Positions 35,576-45,529 of a stretch of 64,000 nt of DNA are shown piece after piece. Source of the DNA: a bacterium (GTDB lineage Bacteria > Lindowbacteria > 2-12-FULL-62-27); NCBI GenBank assembly GCA_016202645.1, contig JACQOF010000003.1:27375-91374 (forward strand), given 5' to 3'. A program made the position numbers and the translations under genes. The first letter of the stretch is position 1. The number at the start of each line of letters is the position of its first letter. Below the pieces are notes generated by a model. It was not told where the DNA came from. It saw only the letters and a list, made by a program, of their open reading frames with translations, and did not search any database.

Positions 35576-37203
35576 TTTGGCGAGGGCGTTTCCTCGGTCA
35601 CATCCATCTTCCGCACGGGCGTTCTCGTGGGATCGGAGTCGATCGATCCCTGCCAGGATAAATCATGATCTTCGGGATCAATCTTATGAATATCGGTTCG
35701 GCCGGTGAAGGCCACTGCGAACGTCGCTGTTCCATCGAGTCGATAACTTCCAGGGTACAAAAACCCTCGCCCTCTTTCGCTTCCGGACCACCAAACATGA
35801 AAATCGCCGACAAGGATGTGAATATTTTTGGGGTCTAAACGGCCCTGCCCGCGCACAATCCCCGTATCTTTGAGGGAGAGGAATTTTTTGCCGGACGGTC
35901 GCTCACTCCAGTAGAACCATTCGTATTTACCGCGTTCAGGTTCGGTGCGTTGTTCGTCGAGAATCAGAACGCCAAGCGCCGACCCGTGTTTGAGCAAAAT
36001 GACTTCTTTATCTTTGGTTCGTCCCCGAAACGCCTGTCGGCGGCCCCTCTCACCCGTCCAATAGTGCTCGCACTTTTTAAAATCGTGGCTTCGGATATCA
36101 AGGCGGATGGCCTTCCCGGGAACTTTAAAGTCCGACCGGCACAGCGAACATTGGATTCGAAAAAATGCAAACTTTCTGGGATCGCCGTGATCGTAACGGC
36201 TCCACTTTCTAAGTTCGGCAAAGCCCGGCTGCTTACGCGTCTGCCATTGCAGATTTGGGGCGGTCGGATCAACTTTGGCAAGATCGGCTTCCTGTGTAAA
36301 ACAAACGGAAACGGGCGGAGCTTTGGAATTCATATCTCTGGCCGGCAAGAGATTGCCGGAAAGAGTGTCCCGGCCCGGTTCCCATCCCAAACGGATCGGT
36401 CCGAGGATAATTTCCTTTTCTCGGACGTATTCTTCGGAGTTTCGGGTCAGCCGGCCTTTTTTGACATCGGGATCATCCGGCCGGAATGGTCCCTGCCCAT
36501 CCTCGCGGAGATACCAACGAAGGTCGAAGTCGGCATCGCGCCCGCGCGCAGAGGTGGTTTGCGAGTCAAAGATCACCGCGGCCAAAGTTTTTCCCATACG
36601 CGCCAATACAATCTCGCCGTTCCATGCCCGGCCGACATAGGCCCGGTACCATCCCGGCGGCATCGCCCAACTGTGCGAGCACCTGTCAAAATCATGGCCC
36701 AACGTGCCCGGCTCGATTTTCGTGCCTGGAAACGATATTTCCGAACCACATTGACCGCAGGTCAGGTACACGGTATCTGCCTTGCGTGGGTCCGTGTTGA
36801 GTTTTGGGGATGTCGGCGCCCGGTTACCTTGTGGCAACCGGCGGCGTTTCGCCGGAGCGCGTTTCGGAGATGGCTTCCCGAGCCGACTCATTGTCCGAGT
36901 GTCAACGTAGATGCGGTGTTTGATTTGCTGAAAGATTTCGTCGGAAATATCCGGAACGTGCTGGATATCTTCCACCGATTTGAACGCCCCATACGTATAT
37001 CGATATGCGTCGATCATCTTGGCGCGGTATTCATCGATGCCCGGCAGTGTCTTAAGCTCCCCAACACCGGCGCTGTTGATATCCACACTCCGCGAACCCG
37101 GCGGATTTTTGCCGACGGAACGCCCGTCGGCGGCCGTGGCACACATCAGAATGAGGCCGATCCAGACCAGTACGGATTTCAGGCCCCCTTTCCTCTTATT
37201 CAT
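35572..37203 (-). CDS. exported ComEA-type helix-hairpin-helix protein with a duplicated unknown domain
   Basis: Signal peptide from the ATG at 37203; VDINSA...ELKTLPGI...A..I..YR...G.FKSVEDI..V..I; two ~170-aa repeats with CxxC and HDFxxCxH. Confidence 0.8.
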   Translation of the reverse strand: MNKRKGGLKSVLVWIGLILMCATAADGRSVGKNPPGSRSVDINSAGVGELKTLPGIDEYRAKMIDAYRYTYGAFKSVEDIQHVPDISDEIFQQIKHRIYVDTRTMSRLGKPSPKRAPAKRRRLPQGNRAPTSPKLNTDPRKADTVYLTCGQCGSEISFPGTKIEPGTLGHDFDRCSHSWAMPPGWYRAYVGRAWNGEIVLARMGKTLAAVIFDSQTTSARGRDADFDLRWYLREDGQGPFRPDDPDVKKGRLTRNSEEYVREKEIILGPIRLGWEPGRDTLSGNLLPARDMNSKAPPVSVCFTQEADLAKVDPTAPNLQWQTRKQPGFAELRKWSRYDHGDPRKFAFFRIQCSLCRSDFKVPGKAIRLDIRSHDFKKCEHYWTGERGRRQAFRGRTKDKEVILLKHGSALGVLILDEQRTEPERGKYEWFYWSERPSGKKFLSLKDTGIVRGQGRLDPKNIHILVGDFHVWWSGSERGRGFLYPGSYRLDGTATFAVAFTGRTDIHKIDPEDHDLSWQGSIDSDPTRTPVRKMDVTEETPSPK

Positions 37204-39194
37204 CTTCGACCCCTCCCTTCGCGGTGGTTCAATGCGTACATCGCCCACAGTCCCCAGACATTGAAAAGCAGGAGCGTCAGGTAGGGGAAGGACGTCTGTA
37301 TCAGCATGGGCCGGACATAAAATCTGAACAAAAGCGCGCAGGCCGCAAACGCTATGAAACAGACGATCCCGCCGCGACGGTATGACGCCGGGTCCATCCC
37401 TTCGAAGAAGGCCGACGGCGGGTCGTTCGAGATGAACCGGTCGACCACGAATCCGATCACGCACCAGGCCGGAAACGGCAGCCACTTTAAGTCGTCGAGA
37501 ACAGGATGGGAAGGGGCGTCATAGGGAACTTCAACCCGCCTGGCGAGCTGTCCCCTGTTGTCAAAATAGAGGATCTGCTGGGGTCCGTGTTGAATCATTC
37601 TCTGAAACAGCGCAAACCCCCCGGCGTCCAAGATGCCGACGGAGAGAGGGTCGGATGCGGACATGCCCCCGATGGGAAATCTTGTCCGGCGCAGGGCCGA
37701 AGGATCCATGACGAAGCGTTCGTCATCATCGGCGGGATTCTCCTGGAGAGGGAAGGCCGTCAGTTCGCTATCGGTCAGCAGGGCGACCCAGAATCCGCGC
37801 GCGGACAGCCGGTCGAACCGCAGAAGGCCGGCGCCCATGCGCCGGATGTTCCCGTCAAATTCAGCAATCTTCCGGGCTGAACTGTGCGTCCGGGCGAACG
37901 TCACGTGATAGAGGACGCGGCCCGCAGCCAGAAGACGTTCGTTCGGCCTGTCCGGCAGGGCGATCAGGTAATCCGCCTGATCGTCTATCTCCTCGAATTC
38001 ACCCGCCGGCGTTTCGTAATGAAATCCATCCGGAACAAGCCATCCGATGCGTTCGCGGCTCACGGGATCGTAGGCGACGATTCGATTTGCTCCGGGATCG
38101 AGAAACCAGTTCCAATCGTCTGTCAGATGCCCATAGGAGACGTTTTCCTCGTATGGGACGTAGAGACGCGTCGTGCCTTTGGCGTTGAGTGAGAATCGTT
38201 CGACGGCGTCTTCCATCGGATGATCCAGACGAATGGTTGAGGACGCCGCTTCATAGGGCCACGGCCCGGCGACCTCCGGAAGCGGACGCCCCTCCAAATC
38301 GAATACCCTCGCCAGACGGCCTTCGCCCGGGCTGACCAGCCAGGCGGCGCCGTCGGACTTCACGGAAATTTCGCGGTTCGGCCCGGGATTCAACAAATCC
38401 GGCAAAATACCCACAACGGCGCCGGGAAAAATAGTCAACGCGGTTGAGACGAATGCCGTGATCCACCACGGGAGGGGCTTTGAGCCTGGAGGCGAAACGC
38501 TCCATTGCAAAAAAGTTCTTCGAGCAAACAGGATCATCGAAACACACAACAGAACCGCGGCGAGAAAGAGAGGGAAGCCCATTTTGAATCCATCCCCCAG
38601 CGGGGGCTGGGTTGTGCCGCCGGCCATGAGCAAGACTATTCCGAAGGCCAACAAGGTACAGAGCACCACCCCCGAATTCCGTTGGGGGGAGAATGAGTAA
38701 TAGAAGACAAGCAGATAGACGCAGATCCCCCGGACGATGGATGCAGTTGCGGGGACCAGCAAGATCCATGAGAATGGCGACGCGAACGAACTCCGGACGA
38801 GCGACACCCACGTACAGACCATCAGGGGTGCGCCGAGAGTGACCAGCAAAATCAGAATCCCGGCGGCGGCTTTGCCGGCGCCGACGGATCCGCGTCCAAC
38901 CGGCCGTGTGAGCAGGACGGGCCACATTCCGTGGGCGGTTTCGGGACGAATCTGCAGGACCCCCAGGACCAATCCCGCGCAACACGCATAGACGTTCAGG
39001 GCGACCAGAAACGAAAGCTGGAGATGGGGAAGGATCATGTTTTCCGACAGGATGAGGACGCTGAACCGGAACGCGCCGATCCGGGCGAATCCGAGCGCGT
39101 CCAAGAAAAACGCGCAGATCAGAAATTGGCCGGCGAAGACAACCAGCATCGCACGCCGAAGGGACTGAAATTCTCTTTTCAGAACGAACGTCAT
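37200..39194 (-). CDS. large ABC-2-type permease-like membrane protein
   Basis: KREF start, LG..Q...E...G.W..LL.RPV.R....GK motif, large soluble middle domain, C-terminal TMs. Confidence 0.75.
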   Translation of the reverse strand: MTFVLKREFQSLRRAMLVVFAGQFLICAFFLDALGFARIGAFRFSVLILSENMILPHLQLSFLVALNVYACCAGLVLGVLQIRPETAHGMWPVLLTRPVGRGSVGAGKAAAGILILLVTLGAPLMVCTWVSLVRSSFASPFSWILLVPATASIVRGICVYLLVFYYSFSPQRNSGVVLCTLLAFGIVLLMAGGTTQPPLGDGFKMGFPLFLAAVLLCVSMILFARRTFLQWSVSPPGSKPLPWWITAFVSTALTIFPGAVVGILPDLLNPGPNREISVKSDGAAWLVSPGEGRLARVFDLEGRPLPEVAGPWPYEAASSTIRLDHPMEDAVERFSLNAKGTTRLYVPYEENVSYGHLTDDWNWFLDPGANRIVAYDPVSRERIGWLVPDGFHYETPAGEFEEIDDQADYLIALPDRPNERLLAAGRVLYHVTFARTHSSARKIAEFDGNIRRMGAGLLRFDRLSARGFWVALLTDSELTAFPLQENPADDDERFVMDPSALRRTRFPIGGMSASDPLSVGILDAGGFALFQRMIQHGPQQILYFDNRGQLARRVEVPYDAPSHPVLDDLKWLPFPAWCVIGFVVDRFISNDPPSAFFEGMDPASYRRGGIVCFIAFAACALLFRFYVRPMLIQTSFPYLTLLLFNVWGLWAMYALNHREGRGRR

Positions 39195-40087
39195 CCGGGT
39201 TCAACCATCGCAATGAACAATTCCTCGAGGTTCATCTTGTGGACGGAGACGCCCGGATACTCCATGAGACGCCGTTCGGCCCGGTCACAGTACGCCACCA
39301 CGCGCCACTCGTTCTCGGACTGTATCGCCCGAAGGACGCCGGGAATCCGGGGAATGTCCGCAGCGCGGGCCGGGAAGGGAATGACATACTTTCGGACGGC
39401 GCCGAGAATGTCCGACAGCGGTTCATCGAGAATGACGCTGCCGTCCCGCAGAACACCGACTCGGTCTGCGAGTTTGGCGACGCTGAAGATGTCGTGGGTC
39501 GTGAGGAGGATCGAACAGCCGCGGTCAGCAAGCTCCCTCAGAACGACGCCGAAAACTAGGTTACGCGCGATCTGGTCGAGACCCAGGGTGGGATCGTCGA
39601 GGATCAGAAAATCCGGGCGGGCGCTGACACAAAGAGCCAGCGCGGCCAGCGCGCGTTCGCCCCGGGACAACTGCGCCGGACGGGCGTCTTCCCGCAGGGA
39701 AAAAGATTTCAGGCAGTCGGAAAAAAAAGCGTCATCCCACGACGGGTACAGCGGCCGATGGAGCCTGGCCGCGTGGCGGATGCTGAACGCCGGGTCCATC
39801 GGATGGCCTTCAGGCATATACCCAATCCGTCGGAACGCATCCCGGCCCAATTCGGATGAAGCCCGGCCAAAAGCAAAAGACTGGCCGGAGGTTGGGTTAA
39901 GCAGGCCCAGAAGGACATGGATGGCGGTCGTTTTGCCGGCGCCGTTCCGGCCCAGCAAGGCGTAGATCGTGCCCGGCTCGATCGAAAAGGAGACTTCAGT
40001 CAATATATTTTTGGGATGACCCTTGTTGGGGACCGTGACGGTGACTTGTTCCAGCGCCGCGACAGGACCGGGAGGATTATCCGGCAA
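39191..40087 (-). CDS. ABC transporter ATP-binding protein (YtrB-like)
   Basis: GRNGAGKTT, LSRGER, LILDDPTLGLD, TTHD and C-terminal MNLEELF; start uncertain (TTG at 40087 after GGAG). Confidence 0.9.
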   Translation of the reverse strand: MPDNPPGPVAALEQVTVTVPNKGHPKNILTEVSFSIEPGTIYALLGRNGAGKTTAIHVLLGLLNPTSGQSFAFGRASSELGRDAFRRIGYMPEGHPMDPAFSIRHAARLHRPLYPSWDDAFFSDCLKSFSLREDARPAQLSRGERALAALALCVSARPDFLILDDPTLGLDQIARNLVFGVVLRELADRGCSILLTTHDIFSVAKLADRVGVLRDGSVILDEPLSDILGAVRKYVIPFPARAADIPRIPGVLRAIQSENEWRVVAYCDRAERRLMEYPGVSVHKMNLEELFIAMVEPG

Positions 40088-40484
40088 GTTTGCGTTTCTC
40101 CAGGCGCTGGGTCTGGGCAAAGGATTTGCGCGCCAGACCCGCGAACTGCCGGCCGTCCAGCCCCGCCAGCCTCGCCTCCACGGCCGGCGACTGCAAGAGT
40201 CCTTCGACGCGCCGGACGGTCCGGGCGGAGGGTTTCGATCCGAACGAAATAAAACTGCCGGATCCCTGGATGAGCGTCAGCACGCCGTCCTTTTCAAGCT
40301 CGCGGTAGGCCCGGGCGATCGTGTTGGGATTGACCGCGCAAGCCTCGGCCAGCTCCCGGACGGTCATCAGGGAGTCGCCCGGTTTCAGCTCTCCGGTCGC
40401 GACCCGGAGTTTGACCTGGTCGACAATCTGCAGAAAAATCGGTGTCGGCGACGTCGGATCGGCCTTGAAGGGCGCTCTTGACAT
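40077..40484 (-). CDS. GntR family regulator, YtrA subfamily
   Basis: PIFLQIVDQVK...G.LKPGD.L.TVRELA....VNPNTIARAYRELE..G....G.G.F; short C-terminus; upstream of ABC genes. Confidence 0.93.
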   Translation of the reverse strand: MSRAPFKADPTSPTPIFLQIVDQVKLRVATGELKPGDSLMTVRELAEACAVNPNTIARAYRELEKDGVLTLIQGSGSFISFGSKPSARTVRRVEGLLQSPAVEARLAGLDGRQFAGLARKSFAQTQRLEKRKLAG

Positions 40485-40505
40485 TGTATTAGTAGAACTA
40501 ATACA
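40485..40505. promoter_or_regulatory. YtrA-type operator palindrome
   Basis: TGTATTAGT-AGA-ACTAATACA, a perfect 9-bp IR abutting the gntR start codon. Confidence 0.8.
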
Positions 40506-40513
40506 TTAAGGCC

Positions 40514-43099
40514 GTGCCGTCAATAGAAATGTCGAAAAAGGCCGGTCCGCTCCTTGTTCTGTGCGCGGCCCTCGCGGCGTGCGGGGAATCCCCCGTGACA
40601 AATCCCGCCGTCTGGGAGCCGGAATCAAACCACCCGGCGACGCGCGCCATGATTGCCGCGGCGCGGCACCTCGGGAAATCCGGCCTGTCAGACGCGCTTC
40701 GGACCCATTCCGAAAACATGCCGTTCTCGGGGTATTATCTGAAATTCGTGAGAGAAGGAAATTTCGCGGCCCGGCGACGCATCGTGAATGATTCCGGTCC
40801 CGTCATCACGGAATCCGATGAACAGACGCTCGGTCTGAACCTCACGGACTTCGATCGGCAATTCGAAGCGGCGGGGGATACGCCCATTCCTCTTTCCGTT
40901 GTGCAGACAACCCTCTTTTCCCTGTGCCAGCTTGCCACCTATGCGGTTCATCTCGATTTGGCGGTGGCGGATGAACTCGCCGGTTCCGCCGCGGCCCTGC
41001 TGGCCTGGCTGGAATCATCGATGCAGGAGGAACCGTCCATCCGCCTTTTCCGGGGCTGGATTTTTTATCTTGCCGGTGACGCACCGGGCGGCCGGCGGGA
41101 ATTGTCCGAATGCGGCGGCGAACCCTGGAAAAGCCGGGCGGAGGCGTTGGATTTTTACATCCAGTCAAAACCAAAAGAGTTGAGAAGCAGGTTGGACAAA
41201 TCGGAACCGTGGCTGGGAATGCTGTATGCAATGTCCCTGGAATCCGAGGACGTGGATGAGGCCGTCAAGGCATACAAACGACAGGTTGATCGGGGGCACG
41301 ATAATCTGCTGCCGATGCTGACTGTCGGTGGTCTGATTGAACTCGGCAACCCACAGGCGTCCAAGCATGAGGTGACCGAAGCCGGCGCGTGGATGGTGTT
41401 GGACGCCGCCGTCCCGGGTGACGCGAGCTTGCCGGAAAAATACAAGAAACTTCTGAATCTGGGGAACACGCGGGCCATTCTCACGCCGCTGATGACGAAT
41501 TTGTACCTCGGCTATTTTCGCCGGGGCGTTTTCACACGCCACGAGTTTGTCGAAAACGTCCTTGCGGCCAACGCGATGAAAAAACAATTTCTTGAGGAAT
41601 TGGCCGAAATCGGAGATCCCATCCTCGATTATCTGGCGGCGTTGACCGACATCCGGGAGAGCCGGCTGTCGGCGGGCGCTGACCGGTTTCGGAAAATCGC
41701 CGCCAATGTCAGGGATCCCTATCTGCTCGAACGGCTCAACTTGGGCCTTCCGGAGGAATGGGGCGCGCCGTTTGTGAACGAGGTCCAGGACCATCCTTAC
41801 GAAAGCTGGAGATACTACCGCCATGCCGGACTCCTCTGTGCCCGGTACGGCTGGTTTCGGAAAGCGACCAGATTTTTGAACAATTCCCTCGCTCTGAATC
41901 CTTACCAGGAAGATTTAAAAAAGATCGTCGCGACCTACAAGGAAATGTCCGCGGGACCGGATGCCTCTTTTAACCCGCAGAACGATCCGGCGCTCGGAAC
42001 TCAGTTCGCCTTTTCGATCTGGAGTCCCGAAGTCGACCGCGCGATCGAGCACATCCGCCGGAATCCCGAATTCGTCCCGAAAGAGGAGGGCATGGCGTTC
42101 GACCTGACGACCTGGATGGAATTCCGGGGAGAATACAAAGAAGCGATCGAGTTTGCGGAGCGCTGCCTGGACGCATGGCCTGAAAACATATTCGCGGCCA
42201 ATCTTTCCGCAAAGATCGGATGGATCCACCTCAAACGGCTGAAAGACGTGGAAACCGCCCGGAAACAATTCGAAAAAATGGAATGGTTTAACAACGGAAG
42301 CAACCTCCTCGGGCTGGCCGAATGTTATGAAAAATTGGGAGACGCGGAGGAGGCCGAACGGCGCTATCTGGACGATGATGAAAGGTATGGCCAAGCCGAC
42401 AAGCATTTCCCGCTGGCGGCGTACTACATCCGCCGGGGGGAATATGAGAAGGCCCTGGACGCCATCAACGACCCGGACCTGTTTTCCGGGCCGAACCCGC
42501 GCAGGGAATTTGTGACGTACGCCCTGACCTTTTATGTCGACGAGTCCTATCCGACCCTGGTGCAGATGCTCTACGAAAAAGTCATCCCCGACCGCAAGAG
42601 CTGGATTTCCTATGACTACAGCCAGTGGGCGCTGTCGTATATGCTGATGCAGAATTACGCCAAAGTGGAGGAGATCGTGGCAGCAGCCAAAAAATCGCGT
42701 GAAACGAATCCATTTCTGGATTATTTCCGGTACGTCATCGCCTGCAAACAAAAGAACTGGCCCCAAGCGGCGCAGGCCATTCAGGCCACAACGGGGAAAT
42801 ATTATCACCGGTACTTGCCGGGTGCGCTGGTCGAGGGAAAAGAACAGGCCGAGCTGGAAGAATACTCCCGCGGCAAGCCGCAGTATCAAAGCTACCTTTC
42901 GACGATGTATGGCCTCCTCGCATACCGTCACATCGCCAAAGGCTCTCTCAAGGAGGCGGAAAAATTCTTCAAACTGGACGCCGGCAGCATTCGCTACTCA
43001 ACCTGGCACATCCCCATTCTGGCCTCGTACGAAATTGGCGAGCGAATCCCGGTCACGGGGCCTTCGAGGACGCCGGGAGGTTCTGATGCAACGCGATAG
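40514..43099 (+). CDS. TPR-containing putative lipoprotein
   Basis: Lipobox-like LAAC and helical TPR-like repeats; alternative start ATG at 40529. Confidence 0.7.
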   Translation: MPSIEMSKKAGPLLVLCAALAACGESPVTNPAVWEPESNHPATRAMIAAARHLGKSGLSDALRTHSENMPFSGYYLKFVREGNFAARRRIVNDSGPVITESDEQTLGLNLTDFDRQFEAAGDTPIPLSVVQTTLFSLCQLATYAVHLDLAVADELAGSAAALLAWLESSMQEEPSIRLFRGWIFYLAGDAPGGRRELSECGGEPWKSRAEALDFYIQSKPKELRSRLDKSEPWLGMLYAMSLESEDVDEAVKAYKRQVDRGHDNLLPMLTVGGLIELGNPQASKHEVTEAGAWMVLDAAVPGDASLPEKYKKLLNLGNTRAILTPLMTNLYLGYFRRGVFTRHEFVENVLAANAMKKQFLEELAEIGDPILDYLAALTDIRESRLSAGADRFRKIAANVRDPYLLERLNLGLPEEWGAPFVNEVQDHPYESWRYYRHAGLLCARYGWFRKATRFLNNSLALNPYQEDLKKIVATYKEMSAGPDASFNPQNDPALGTQFAFSIWSPEVDRAIEHIRRNPEFVPKEEGMAFDLTTWMEFRGEYKEAIEFAERCLDAWPENIFAANLSAKIGWIHLKRLKDVETARKQFEKMEWFNNGSNLLGLAECYEKLGDAEEAERRYLDDDERYGQADKHFPLAAYYIRRGEYEKALDAINDPDLFSGPNPRREFVTYALTFYVDESYPTLVQMLYEKVIPDRKSWISYDYSQWALSYMLMQNYAKVEEIVAAAKKSRETNPFLDYFRYVIACKQKNWPQAAQAIQATTGKYYHRYLPGALVEGKEQAELEEYSRGKPQYQSYLSTMYGLLAYRHIAKGSLKEAEKFFKLDAGSIRYSTWHIPILASYEIGERIPVTGPSRTPGGSDATR

Positions 43100-44147
43100 T
43101 TTTTCGAGGCGTAATTTTTTACGCTCGATGACACTCGCCGGAGCGGCCTGCCTGTTCCGGCCTCAAATAATGATGAATCGAGTCTGGGCAGATGAGAAAA
43201 AACTCAGGAAAGCAAGCTTTGTCAGCGATCTGTTTAATGAATCCCTGGTCATCGACGGGATTGTGAATTGGCGCGCGAAGAGTCTTGAAGCTGTTCCAAA
43301 ATCACCCGGAGAAATTAAAAGGTTGACAGGGATTAACGTGGGCGCCCAGACCGTTTTGGTGGAGCAGCTCGCCAAATTCAACCGCTGGATCCGGGCGCAT
43401 CGAAACGCATTCACTGTGATACGGACATCCAAGGACATCACCGATGCAAGGACGTCGGGCCGGTATGGCGTCATTTACTACGTCCAAAAACCTCCGGCGG
43501 GGACGATCAACATGGAAAGCCTGGAGCAGTGGAAAAGAGAAGGTCTCCGAATATTTCAAATGACCTACAGTGAAAGCAACGCATTGGGCGGCGGGTGCGA
43601 CGATGGGGATGACGATGGCCTGACGCCATTAGGGGAAGAAGTGGTTCAGAACCTGAACCGGCTGGGAATGGTTGTTGATGTATCGCATTGCGGTCGCCAA
43701 ACGACTTTGGATGTGTGTGAACTGTCGAAATACCCGGTGACCGCCAACCATGCCAACGCGGAAGCCGTTACAGAACACCAAAGAAACAAGTCCGATGAGG
43801 AATTAAAGGCTGTTGCGGCCACGGGCGGCGTTGTCGGTGCCGTGACAGTCGGCCGTTTTCTGCGCCGGGGCGAGGACCTGATGGTGGGCGGCGGAATCGA
43901 TGATCTGATCGCCCATATCGATTACATGGTCGACTTGATCGGCATCGACCACGTCGGCTTGGCGAGCGACTGTTGGCTCGACGGCATTCAGGTCTATGAA
44001 TATGATACGACCGACAAGTATTTAAACAGCTATGCTCGCTGGAAACATGTTGTTCGCCGGCTGCGCGAAATGGGATACTCGAAGGAGAATCTTAAGAAAT
44101 TGCTGGGCCTGAATTTTTTACGGGTCTATCAAAAGGTGTGGGGGTAA
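43086..44147 (+). CDS. Tat-exported membrane dipeptidase (M19) family protein
   Basis: SRRNFL Tat motif from the ATG at 43086; GLT..G...V...NRLGM.VD.SH, RNKSDE, HIDY.V...GIDHVG..SD and G.NFLRV. Confidence 0.9.
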   Translation: MQRDSFSRRNFLRSMTLAGAACLFRPQIMMNRVWADEKKLRKASFVSDLFNESLVIDGIVNWRAKSLEAVPKSPGEIKRLTGINVGAQTVLVEQLAKFNRWIRAHRNAFTVIRTSKDITDARTSGRYGVIYYVQKPPAGTINMESLEQWKREGLRIFQMTYSESNALGGGCDDGDDDGLTPLGEEVVQNLNRLGMVVDVSHCGRQTTLDVCELSKYPVTANHANAEAVTEHQRNKSDEELKAVAATGGVVGAVTVGRFLRRGEDLMVGGGIDDLIAHIDYMVDLIGIDHVGLASDCWLDGIQVYEYDTTDKYLNSYARWKHVVRRLREMGYSKENLKKLLGLNFLRVYQKVWG

Positions 44148-44204
44148 GATGACTTTTATGCTTATCATGGCGGTCGTGGCATCTGATCCTATGGGGAAAA
44201 ACAA

Positions 44205-45479
44205 GTGAACAAATTCACACTCATCTCCACATTCCTCATTTTAACAATGTTATTCATCCGAACCCAGGCCCACGCCGAAAAGGCGATCAACGATGATAAG
44301 ATATACAAACTGATAGACAGCCTGCGTGGGCAAAGCTCACAGATAAAAGTTGACGGTAGTTCTACCGACTGGAAAGGCATTCCCGCTTTCAAAGCCTCGC
44401 GGGAAGCTTTCGTAAATGACGGTTCTCGAGATATCGTGAATATTTCAATAGCGCCGCGAGAAGATGAACTCCTGATTCTGATTAAAACACGGGGAAGGCC
44501 GTCTCAAGATCCCTTGACGTTTTATACTCGTCTCGATTTTATCGGCCAACACGAAAGCGATTGTCAAATAGGGTTCGGCCAGGACGGGGTTCATAGATTG
44601 AAGGTATATGACGAAAGAAATAATTCAGAAACCATTCTGGAGACAGTCATCCGAGGGCCCGAAATCGTCGTTGGGGATGCCGTCGAAATTCGTATTCCAT
44701 TTCAGTCTCTGAAGGAATTGCTTCCCGAAAAAATGGCGAAGCAAATCGACGGCCCTCGGGGACGGCCCTGGATTCGGGTCTACACTTTTGCTTGGAACCC
44801 AAAGACTCAAAAAATTGCAGATTACGGACCGGCAGTCGCGAGTTTTCGTCTTATCAAAACGCCATATCCGCTCGACCCACCCGCACCGCATAAAATTCGC
44901 CCGGAATTCGGCATCCGTGTGCCCTTCAAAAACAAGTGGTTTCTTGGAAATGGAGCGTTCGGCCTTAGAGCGCATGTGAATGTACATGGATATGACTTTT
45001 ATATCATGGACGACCATCTCAACCCCGCACAAAACCGGGGAAGCAAGAATAACGAAGACTATTACACATGGGGATTGCAATTTCTATCGCCTGTTGACGG
45101 AGAAATTACAAAGGTTACGAACAATATGCCGGACAGGAAGCCATTGAACAAAGTTGAAGCGGCAGGAAACAATGTATGGATCGCTCTTGATTCAGATCCA
45201 GACCTATCCATAAATCTAAATCATTTCCAAATGGGGACGATCAAAGTCCAAACAGGGGACAGTATTCGTGCGGGTGAAGAGATCGGGTTGGTCGGAAACT
45301 CGGGCCAATCGGGATGGCCTCATATCCACATGGGATTGGTTCAGAAAGACCTGTCGACTCTGCCGATCAGTTTTTCAAATGTCATCGTAAGTTTGAATCC
45401 ACAGGCCGACGACCCGTGGTCGCGGGATCTGTCTATATGGGAACTCAGAGCGGGAGTCTTCATTCAGAATAAAAATTAA
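44205..45479 (+). CDS. M23 family metallopeptidase with an N-terminal accessory domain
   Basis: Signal peptide; SPVDGEI, GNNV, V..GD.I..G..IG.VGNSGQS..PHIH. Confidence 0.85.
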   Translation: MNKFTLISTFLILTMLFIRTQAHAEKAINDDKIYKLIDSLRGQSSQIKVDGSSTDWKGIPAFKASREAFVNDGSRDIVNISIAPREDELLILIKTRGRPSQDPLTFYTRLDFIGQHESDCQIGFGQDGVHRLKVYDERNNSETILETVIRGPEIVVGDAVEIRIPFQSLKELLPEKMAKQIDGPRGRPWIRVYTFAWNPKTQKIADYGPAVASFRLIKTPYPLDPPAPHKIRPEFGIRVPFKNKWFLGNGAFGLRAHVNVHGYDFYIMDDHLNPAQNRGSKNNEDYYTWGLQFLSPVDGEITKVTNNMPDRKPLNKVEAAGNNVWIALDSDPDLSINLNHFQMGTIKVQTGDSIRAGEEIGLVGNSGQSGWPHIHMGLVQKDLSTLPISFSNVIVSLNPQADDPWSRDLSIWELRAGVFIQNKN

Positions 45480-45529
45480 CCTATTGTCAGGCAGACGGAA
45501 TAGAACGAGAAAAAAATGAAGGAAAAAAT

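Noticed and set aside
39586..39612. Walker B LDD instead of LDE in the Ytr-like ATPase as a sign of inactivation
   Set aside because: Conservative change with other motifs intact; cannot call it inactive without an alignment.
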